This document shows positions 53,740 to 64,000 of a stretch of DNA of 64,000 bases, one piece after another. The first letter of the stretch is position 1; the number at the start of each line of letters is the position of its first letter. The notes under the pieces were generated by a model. The model did no database searches. It was not told where the DNA came from and was given only the letters and a program-made list of their open reading frames with translations. A program made the position numbers and the translations under genes. The DNA is taken from the NCBI GenBank assembly GCA_026770705.1, contig JANJGN010000138.1, positions 186,001 through 250,000 of the forward strand, in the 5' to 3' direction. This DNA is from Isurus oxyrinchus. Lineage: Eukaryota.

Positions 53740-54630
53740 GAGTTATAGCATGGTCATAGCACAGAAGGAGGCCATTCAGCACATTGTCTCCCTGCCGGTT
53801 CTCTGCAGCAGCAACTCAGCCAGTCTCACTCCTCCGCCTTTTCCATGTCGCCCTGAAAATGTTGTGTTTTCAGATAATTATCTACTGCAATTGAATCTGC
53901 CTCCACCACACACTGAGCCAGTAGCTTCCAGATCCAAGCCACTTGTTGCATAAAGAAGTTTTTCTTCATGTCGCCTCGGGTAATTTTTAAAATCAGTTTA
54001 GGGTTCTCGACCTCCCGCCGATGGGAGCAATTTCACCATGTTAACTATCTACATCCCTCATGATTTTGAGCACGTCTAAAAAATCTCCCCTCAAACTTAT
54101 CTTCTCCAAGAAGAACAGCCACAGCTTCACCCATCTATCCACATATCTGAAGTCTCCCATCCTTGGAATCATTCTCGTAAATCTTTTCTGAACCCTTTGC
54201 AAAATCTTCGTTTAAGTTGAACCAGTATTTTATGAAGGTTCACAACTTAGTTCCTTTGGTACTCTGCCCTGATTAATAAAACCCAGGATTCGGGGCCTAG
54301 AGCTGCTTTCTCAAACTGCCCTGACAACTTCAATGATTTATGCAGATACACATCCAGGTCCTTCTGCTCCTGCAGTCATTTATAATTACGCCCTTCATTT
54401 TATGTCACCCATCCTCGTTCATTTGACCAAAATGTATCACTTCGCACTCCTGCACATTAAAGTTCACCTGCCCCGAGTCTTACCATTCCACCAGCCTATC
54501 TATATCCTCTTGAAATCCATCATCATCTCCACAAAGTTTACAATACTTCCAAGTCTTGCATCATCCTCAAATTCTGAAATGATATCCTGCACACCCAGGC
54601 CTAGGTTATTGATATCAATCAAGAAATGCG
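53740..54630 (-). mobile_element. CR1 LINE 3' fragment
   Basis: FLIDINNLGLGVQDIISEFEDDARLG (FADDTKLG-like). Confidence 0.8.
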
Positions 54631-55164
54631 GTGGCCCAGCTACATTCGCCACCCCGGCACACCTGCAGCACACCCGCACCTCCCACCCCCGCCTCTCCCA
54701 CCCTTCGCCCCCCGCTACCATAGTCAGAAGTAAATAACCTTTTCTGTAATTCATGCTTTAATAGTCTTGAATTCAAATATTGAGCTGTGGCATAATGGAA
54801 TTCTAACTATACTAACGACACCACATGGTTCGAAATGAACTGTTTCAGGGAAGTGATCGTGTTCACTAAAAAGCATAGTTTTACTGAAATTTGGGGGCTC
54901 AAATGATTAACACAGAGGGAAAGAACGTAAGAGTCGATTTCGAAATGCTATAGCCAACTCGTTTGATTAGAACTCCTGCACCTCAACATCTCAAACGTCA
55001 TCACTGCATTTGTATTACTCATAGTTTTATTAATAACTACATCAAGTCGCAGGTATATAACACTTCTAAAATAGCTGATAAGAAGAACTTGTGAACTCAA
55101 CCAGAAACACCAGTTTCAAGTCCGCTCCTGGGTGTGATGGCCAATAATTATTTCTATTAATTTA

Positions 55165-56315
55165 CAGGATATTGTCTTCGCTAGATCGGCCAGCATTAAC
55201 TACCCAACCTTAATTGCCCATGAGAAGCTGGTGAGCTGCCTTCTTGAACGCCCGCAGTTTTTGTGGTGTAGGCACATCATCAGTGCTGTTAGGAATAGAG
55301 TTCCAGGATTTTGATCCAGCAACATTAAAGAATGTGCGATATATTTCTAAGTCAGGATGGTGAGCGGCTTGGAGGGGAACATCCAGGTAGTGCTGTTCTC
55401 ATGTATCTGCTGCATTTGTCATCCTAGATGGTAGCGGTTGTTTGTTTGGACTGTGATGGTTAAAGAGCCTTTGTGAATTCCTACATTACATCTTATAGGT
55501 GGTACACACTGCAGCTTCTCTGCTTTGATGGTGCAGGGTATTAATATTTGTGGAAGGGGTTCCAATCAAGAGGGCTACATTGTATTGGATGGTGCAAATC
55601 TTGTTACTTGAGCTGCACTCATCCAGGAAAGCGGAGAGCATTCCATCACACACCTGGCATAAGCATTGTTGATGGTGGGCAGTCTTTGGGGAGAAAGGAA
55701 GTGAGTTACTCGCCGCAGGGTTCCTAGCCTCTGACCTGCTCTCATAGCCACAGTAATTGTGTGGCTAGTCGAGTTCATTTCTGTTCGTTATTAATTCCCA
55801 GGATGATGATAGAGTGGAATTCATTATCGTTTTGCCATTAACTGCCGATGTACAATGGATAGATTCTCTCTTTCTGGAGATGGTCATTGCCAGGCGCTTG
55901 TGTGGCACAACTGCTACTTGCCACTTGTTAGTTCAAGCCTGGATATTGCCCAGGTCTTGCTGCATTTGGATATGGGCTGCTTCAGTATCTGAGGAGTTGC
56001 AAATAGTGCTGAACATTGTGCAATCATCAGCAAATATCCCCACGTCTGACATCCTGGTGGAAGGAAAGCCATTGATCAAGCAGCTGAAGATAATTGGGCC
56101 GACAACACTGCCCTTGGGAATTTCTGCAGTGATGTCCTGGAACTAAAATGGTTGACCTCCAACAATCATAATCATCTTCATTTGTGCGAGGAATGATTCG
56201 AATCAGCAGACAGTTTTCCCCCTAGTTCCCATTGACCTTAATTTTGCAAGGGCTCCTTTATGTCCCACTTGGTCAAATGTTGCCTTGATATACAGGGCAG
56301 TCATTCCCACCTCAC
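55165..56315 (-). mobile_element. CR1/L2-clade LINE 3' fragment (same family as 3230-4730)
   Basis: RAGQRLGTLRRVTHFLSPQRL motif and a FADD region (gctgaacattgtgcaatcatcagcaaat on the + strand). Confidence 0.85.
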
Positions 56316-56934
56316 ACGGGGAACATCACTGAAGACAAACAAATCAAACTGTTCAAGCCAATGACTTTTCATTGGAACTGTACAAAGCTCCGAATGAGAT
56401 TTCTTGCTTTCAGCGGGAAGGTATCTCACTTTCCCAAAACAAACACCATATGAATTCATTTACTCACTGGCGAAATAAACCACACTGGTATTGTATATTC
56501 CTGGAATTTCTGCAACTTAATATTTCTCCGAAAAACATGCAATATTCAAAGTTGTGCTTGTCTCTACTGCTGTTCGCTGGGTGAGGTGAGAGTGACTGCA
56601 CTCTATATCAGAGTAGCATTTGACCGAGTGTGGCATTAAACCACCCTACAAAAATTCGATTCAATGCAAATTCTGGGTTAAACTTGCTGCTGGATTTAGT
56701 GCTGGAGCTTTTTGAGGAAGGCATTGGGATTTTTATGATTCTCAGAATATAGAACGTTACTCCCAATGAGCTTTCTTGCTTTAGTAGTGTTAATATCACA
56801 CTTTCCCATAAAAAAACACTACATGGATATTTTTTTTACCCATTCGCAAAATCCAACTCTGTGAGCTTGGAGCTTTCCTCTCCAATTTCTTCACCTTAAC
56901 CTTTCGGTGCAATAAACACAATCTGCAAAACGTT

Positions 56935-58035
56935 GAAGGTTCAGTGCAGACAGCTTTGCACCAACAGTTGTCATATCACAAGCCTCGAGTGAGGAGCGAG
57001 TAGTCAGTGTCAATTTGGAGATTTGCGAAATGAAGACAAAGGGTGGCTGCTGGTTTGCCTGTGAGGGAAAGGTGCTGAATAGGGAGAATTACCAAGCACG
57101 GGAATGCAAGCAAAGGGAAGGCATCTGTGGGAAGCATGTGTGATCCAGCTGGATATCTCAAACAGTAAAACATAAAATCTGCGGGTCTGTGGTTCGAGTC
57201 CCGGTCCAAACGCTGCCTTCTGACTGCAGGTGATTTCCCCCTCTGCACCCCATACCCCCCACCCCACGCCGTGAAGCTACTGGGAGGAAAAGGGTAAGGG
57301 ATGCTGAATACTTCAAGAGAGCAGAAGAGACAGATACTTCTTCATTTGAAAATAAATACTTCCTTCTGGAAATTATTGTAGATTCGATCAACTTCGAAGA
57401 ATTATTTCTAGATTTCCAACTGTCCTAAATATGAAAAGAGCATCTTGATTATTCTCTTGTTTGTGAATCAGTGGCAAAATTATGACCTGATTTCACCCCG
57501 CACCTACCGCCAGGGAAAGCAGTTTCTCTCCTTTTAACTTAACTTGTGGTTTAACCGGAATGGAAACTTTGATGAGATCACCCTTCATTCTTCTTTTCTC
57601 AAGAGAAAATAAAGAGGATGTAGCACTGAAAAGGGAAAAAAAATGTGTGAGACAAGGCGGCAGATTGGCAATAGGTGAATCTCTCCTTCAGAGAGCCAGC
57701 ACAGACAGGATGGAACAAACGTTTCGTGCTGTATCCATTCTATGATTCTACCTTTCTATAATTATCAAACCTGAACTCCTGAAGTAACCGACTGAAATCT
57801 GAAATCCCACTGGTGAATCAGCACTGTTTCCACGCCAAGGCCAACATACTCCTGGTGGTTCCTCTGAGTAGTGTCTGTAAGAACATAAGAAACAGGAGCA
57901 CGTGTATCATATAGATTTCACGGCTTCTCAACCAATTCCCGATCTTTCTGGTTGATCTTCTGCCTCAACTGCACCTTCCTGAGAATTCTCAATTTCCCCT
58001 GTCGTACAGCGCCATCCCAGATAAAGAATTCCTGA
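56935..58035 (+). repeat. Third copy of the Lys part of the Thr/Lys duplication unit
   Basis: gagtagtcagtg...aaagggtggctgctggtttgcctgtgaggg and the downstream flank match 13465-14500. Confidence 0.75.
57146..57212 (+). pseudogene. tRNA-Lys pseudogene (anticodon arm partly deleted)
   Basis: gctggatatctca...aatctgcgggtc.gtggttcgagtccc, at the syntenic position within the unit. Confidence 0.55.
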
Positions 58036-59042
58036 TGAATGTCAAGCCACAGAAGAGGTGAACAATGATATCTACTGCACATTAGTAGGCTACAGCTCAA
58101 GACATTGTTTGAGAAAGCTTGTTTGCAAGTTGTTATGCCTACTTTAGTTGCATGGATTTGTATTCTAATTGCAGCACCAAATTCCGGACAGTTGTCTGAT
58201 TGTCGATTGTAATGAGTGTTAACTCGGATATGACAGCCTGGAAGTTGTGGTTTTCAAATGATTTGTTCTTATACATGTGCACTGACGGTTTCTGAGCCCT
58301 GTACCTGGAGACATATATCCATTTGCTTTTCTATAGCCCCTTGTTTTTCATCAAATAGAAAATACTCTCACTGCTCAATTGGTTTCTTCAACATATGTTC
58401 CTTGGTATTCCCCATACCATTACTTACTGGCTCTGTATCTATTGTCCATTGTATTCCCATTCGATCTCCTGTGTTCCGAATACACACTCACAGCCTGAGG
58501 AAGCTGATTCTTTCGATCCATTGTATCGAATCCACAAGCCCTTTTCTAGGTAGTTTCCCAAATCTAAATTGCAGAATGAACAGGAAAATACAAAATGATA
58601 GCCGAATATAAATGGATTCTCTTTGTGTTTTTGTCAACAAAATTTTTATTTCCTGTTGTTGATTGTATGACAGCAGGTTTTCAATGTACAAATATTTGTA
58701 ATTAACATTGTGATGTTTGAAAATGTATTTTGTGTTTCTTGGTGTGCCACTTATGAATTAATATGTGTGTAAATGTGTTATCACTCAATGCACTTGTGTG
58801 TATTTGCGCTGTGTGTAAGTATATTTAGGAGTGATTGCGGGAAAAAAAGTTACAGGGAGAAAAAAATGTTTCCGCATCAAACCAGATTCAGACCGAATGA
58901 GGAAAATACAGATCTCTGTAACCAGCAGAATGTTAAAGTACACTTATATTCAGCACAAGAAGTCAAAATCAGACCAAAGAGGGACACTTTCTGAGTGTTG
59001 CTTTGGGCGGAGATCAGTGTGGTTTATTGACTACCAAGTTAT

Positions 59043-59124
59043 GTAGTTGTGGCCAAGTTGTTAACACGATGAACTAGAAATCCATTCGGGTATCCTCGCG
59101 CAGATATGAATCCTGCTCACTGCA
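59043..59124 (+). pseudogene. tRNA-Ser(AGA) pseudogene
   Basis: gtagttgtggccaagttgttaacacgatgaactAGAaatccattcgggtatcctcgcgcagatatgaatcctgctcactgca aligns over 82 nt to Ser-AGA. The B box is mutated. Confidence 0.85.
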
Positions 59125-59299
59125 CAGCTTATTTTCCTTGCACAGTTTCAAAATTTGACCAAGTTCCTTTTACCTGAATCATGCCTTACGTCGGATGATA
59201 CCACAGACTTTGCAACAACATAAGTTGGTTTCCTTATTCTTATTCATCTGCGTGTATTCACGAAATTCCTGTCATGAATACAGCAAATATCAGCTAAGT

Positions 59300-62200
59300 T
59301 AATGACACCCACCTTTTCCTCCTTCTCTCACACTGTCTAAATCACTTTATGTCTAATTATATGTGTCCTACTGTGTGCACAGGCTTGTTTGTGTGTCCAT
59401 TTGTACTGTACCTGGGTGCGTTGTTTTTGTTTATTGCTCCTGCATTGTTCCTTGTTTATTCAGCTTTTGTAAGACGCCCTCCTTCAAAAGCCTTTCCAAT
59501 TTCCTTCTAAAATTATTCACTAAAATATCTTCTACCACCTTTTCAGCTAGGGTGTTGCAGATTCCACCGACTGGGTGGAAATGTCTCTGCTAACATCCTC
59601 TGTATATCTTTTGGTCAAAGACTTTGTATCCATGGCCCTTATGTATTGACCTACAAGCAGAGGGGCTGTTTTCCTGTTTACCCTCCCCAACCCTCAGGTG
59701 ATCTGGAAAACCACCATTAGGTGATTTTCTAATCTTCCTTGTCTGAAGTGCAACTGCCCGAACTTCCCCAGCCACAGCCCATGACTGAACTGTATCATCC
59801 TTGAAAACCTCCCTGCGAGCGTCCTCTGCCCCCTTTCTCATGCATTGCTGAAGATCGGTGACCATTCCTAACCACAGGGTTCCTTATGAATGTCGAACTG
59901 CAGTTCCTAATGTTCCAGCATGATCCCGATGTTTGAATAGACTATTTCTCGAATTATAAACCCAAATAACCTATATGCTTTTCGAACTACTTTGAAAACT
60001 TTGTGGCATTGAGACAAATGTCCCTTTGCCCATCCACAATTTACAAAAATCTCGCATTTAGAGTATAGCGACTTTCCATATTTGTCCTCCAAAATTCAAA
60101 ATTTCGTCACTTAATCCATCCTATTGACATTTGTATACTTTTAATGTGTTATTATTATGTGTGCATCTTATTTTATGAACTCAAGGTCTTTGTTTCCCTG
60201 TAATCCTTGCACTTTGCCACTTTCAACTAATAAAGCAATAGTATTGCGACACGTATCTCTGTCCTTAATTCGCTACCTGACACTCTTTGAATGTTTGTCT
60301 GTTTGTCCCTGTTTCCTCTCCTTGAACTCTCTAATTAATAAAAAAAAATCTTCCAGTCGGACGGATAAATAGGCGCAGGACATTCTCATATCCTGTGAAC
60401 TCCTCAGTATTCAATAATCGATGGATCTCAGCTTTGAAATATATTGAGCTCTCCCAATCCTCTAGGGTAGGGAGCTTCAAAGTTTCACAAACATTTGAAT
60501 GAAGAAATTTCTGCTCACCACTCATTATACTAAACTCCAAAGAGAATAACCTCATTTTATTCAATCTCTCCTCTGAATCCAGGAATGAATCTAGGGATCA
60601 AGCTATAATTTTAACATGTGCAGTAAGACCTTCAGAAAATGCTGGCTTTATTCAGCAGGTCAGATAGCATCTTTGGCTTTCCAACGTGAAAGATTAATAT
60701 TGTTTCTCTCCAAAGAAGCTGTCATGTTTGCAGAGTATGGCAGGAATTTTCTATTTTTACTTCACATTTCCAATATCTGCAGCTACTATGAACATACGAA
60801 ATAAGATCAGGAGTTTGCCAATTGGCCCCTGGAGGCTGATCCTCCTTTCACCAAGATCATGGCTGATTTGTTTGTATTTCGAGTTCCACATGCCAATCTA
60901 CCCCAAACCCTTTGAATCACTTGCTTCACAAGAATCTGTCTATCACTTTCATTAAAATATTAAATGACTCCGCCTCCATTGCTTTCTGAGGCAGGGAGTT
61001 CCAACATCGCATGACCATCTGAGAGAAAATAATCCTCATTTCTGCCCTACAAGGAACACACCTAATTTTGGGAGAGTACCCCCTAGCCTTGGGCTCAGCC
61101 ACAAGAGGAAACATCCTTTCCACGTCCTCAAGGCCAGTTAGGATCTTATATACTTCAATCAAGGCACTCCTCACTCTGCTAAAGTACAATGGAAACAAAC
61201 CCAGCCTGTCCAAACTATCCTCATAAGAGAATCCGCTCATTCCAGGTATCAATATAGTGAACCCCCTCTGAACAGTCTATAACTCACTTACACCAAACCT
61301 TAAGTAAACTGCAATACAGTATTAGAGATGTGGGGTCATCAATGCCCTATAGACTTGAAGCATAGCATCCTTACTTTGGTGACTCATTCATTCTGTTAGA
61401 CTTCTGTATTACTTGCTGTACCTGCATGCTAACTTTTTTTGACTCATGAATGAGGATACCTAAAACCCCCTGCATCTTGGAACTCTGCAGTCATTCTCGG
61501 TTTAATTAATGATTTTATTTAAATTCTCCATGGCAAAGTGAACAACTTCATGTTTTCCAACATTATAATCCATCTGCCAGAATTTTGCCCATTTACTCAA
61601 CCCGTCCTTTTTCCATCTGTAAATTACTTCTGTCTTCTTTACAACTTTCCTACCTATTTTTGTGCCTTGTGCAAATTTAGCTTGCAGGCCTTCACTCCCC
61701 TCATCTAAGCCATTGATGTAAATTGTAAAAAGTTGAGGCTCCAGCATATATCCCAATCAGACAAAGGCACATTTTAACTTACTCTTTGATTCTGACAGAC
61801 AGACAGACTTCTATCCATGCCAATGTGTTAGCCCTATAACATGAGCATTTATTTTCTGCAATAACCTTTGATGTGGCACCTTCTCAAATGCCTTTTCGAA
61901 ATCCAGGTACAGCACGTCTACAGGTTCCCCTTCATCCACAAATCAAGCTTCTCCTTCAAAAAACAAAAACCTGTAATATATTGGCTAAACGTGATTTTCC
62001 TTTCACAAAACCATGCTGAGTGTGACTTTTGCGAGAATCTGGTGGACCACCGTTATATCATATTTACTGGAAGTATTTCCTCCTTCAGAGAGGGACTCCA
62101 TACTGAAATTTATTCATTAATATCAAGTTCTTTACATCAAAGGCTGCCCATAAGAAAGAGAAAGATTCCGGTGTCAACTTCCTGGGACACCCTGCCTCAC

Positions 62201-64000
62201 AAAACTCTTCGTGAACCCACACCACATGGATTGTAGCAGTTCAGGAAGTCAGCATGCGACCTGGTTCTCTATGAGAATTAGAGATAAGCAATGAATGCTG
62301 GTTTAGCCAACGTCGCCCACGCCCCATCAATGAATTAACAATCACACCGGCCTTCAATATAAAATGAGAATATGATTGTGGTGATTCTTTTTTTCACGTC
62401 GACGGTGCTGGCTGTGTGTCTTGGAGCAGCGAAGGAGGCAGTGGGATCTGATTTTTGCGCAAGTTTCTGGAGAGTTGTTTAAGTCGTTAATAGCAGCGAT
62501 TGAAAATGCCTTGGGTTTGACTGCCTCGAAACTGGGAGTTTAACAGTATTTTTCGTACACATCTACAAGTACAGATTGCATTTTGTACTGGGTGACCAAT
62601 TCCACTTTGCTTCCTTGCTCCATGGTTCCTAGTTTTGCGTCGCTGAGAAAATATTACGCCGGTTTATCTCCTGCTGCTTGCAATACCTGCTCTTTGTGTA
62701 AATCTCGCATTCTTACTGACAGGCTCTGCTTCTAGTGTTCTTCCCTTTCGCTCCCCTGTGTCCTGTACACACAGTTCGAGGAGGAAATTATTTCAATTCA
62801 TCCTATCGAATCCTGTAGCCATTTCAGTTGCTGGCCTTTCAAATCGAAATGATACAATGGATATGGTTTTATTTTGAATATTTAAATGGGTTCTCTGCGC
62901 ATTTCTAGAAACAAAAACTGGCATCTTTATAGCTCTTTTAACACAGCTGATGTGGCGTTTCCAACTTGGGTTACATTCGCTTCGAGGTATGTCTATTTGT
63001 AAATAATATTGTGATATTTGCAAATGGATTGTTAGTGTTTATTATTCGGGAGATATGTGTGAACCTGTGTAATATTTCTCAATGTACTTGTCTATTGAGG
63101 GGTATGGCAACGTAAATAAATCCGAATGAAGTCAGATCAGGCGAATTAATGAACAGAAAATAGAGATAGATCTCAGTAGACCTGTAAACAGCTGAGTCAT
63201 AAAATACATCACGCAACGTCAAAAGTATATCAAACTGAGCTCTGGTCGGTTCAATTATATTTGCAATGATCGCTGAAGGATCAGAACCATTTCCTGGTGA
63301 CCTAGTACATTCGCCAGTTCTGCCCGTTCAGGAAAGTACCTCTTAGATAATTCTTGTCTGTGAAGTACAATTCGTTCACACCATAAGGATCTGCTGCACG
63401 TGCAACCAAACGTTTGTCAAGTGAGAAAGGACCTTTTGCGTGTCATCAACATTCATAATATCCGCACGATGCAAACATTTAATTTTTTTGCTCACGGGTG
63501 AAAGAAAGTCTTCAGGGGGACAGTAAAATGCAGATTTCCACAGATGAGCGCCACTCTGGGAGAAAAAAAACCGTCATCTCCTCTTAAAATGGCGAACTCT
63601 CATTTTTCAACATTGCCGCCAATTCTAACCTCAGCACGATCAAGTCTCCTTGGGATCACCTATGAGTCAATTTGATCAGCTCCATTTCCTCTAAACCCCA
63701 ATGGGTGCAAGCCCAAACTGTCATCATAAGATAAACCCTTCATCCTAGGAATGAATTGAGTGAACTATCTCTGAAATGCTTCTTAAACATTTGTTATGAC
63801 CTGGCTGATGTTATGTGCCAGTTGGGCCAAATACACAAGGGAAACTTGGCCACTCTATGACAACGGTTTTGGCAATTTGTATTTATTAGAGAAGGCTTTT
63901 GCAATGAACTCAGAGGAATTGATTCCAATAACACCTTTAGATATTTGAAATTAAGTTAAAACATTTATTAACAAAAGGGAAAAAAAGAAACAATAAATGC
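59300..64000 (+). repeat. Segmental duplication copy 2 (paralog of 6170-9990), including CR1 at ~60790-62020
   Basis: Colinear similarity. It carries an extra ~0.75 kb at ~62430-63190. Confidence 0.85.

Noticed and set aside
54765-54822. gtcgttagtatagt on the minus strand, similar to the tRNA-Asp 5' end
   Set aside because: Only ~13 nt match, no cloverleaf, and the adjacent sequence is a SINE fragment.

Overview
Eukaryotic, repeat-rich vertebrate DNA, most likely from a cartilaginous fish (shark). That assignment is inferred from the CR1/L2-clade LINE relics, an HE1-like SINE, the abundant 'gaaaatgctggaaa..ctcagcagg' repeat family and GPR139-like receptors. The only clearly intact protein-coding gene is a two-exon rhodopsin-family orphan GPCR on the minus strand (50795-50726 + 48494-47590, 324 aa). 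The rest is a birth-and-death landscape built by local segmental duplication. It holds one intact tRNA-Asp(GTC), one slightly damaged tRNA-Ile(AAT), about 8 decayed tRNA copies (Thr, Lys, Gly, Ser), two GPCR pseudogene pieces, a processed H3.3 pseudogene, and a 5'-truncated replication-dependent H3 remnant that keeps a perfect histone stem-loop. Less obvious items not shown by the ORF track are a spliced, pseudogenised BEN-domain gene (27.4-32.8 kb, upstream part duplicated at 38-41 kb), hammerhead-ribozyme-like palindromic Penelope-type repeats, and a possible decayed tyrosine-recombinase (DIRS/Ngaro/Crypton-like) ORF. All calls were made by eye and repeat boundaries are approximate.
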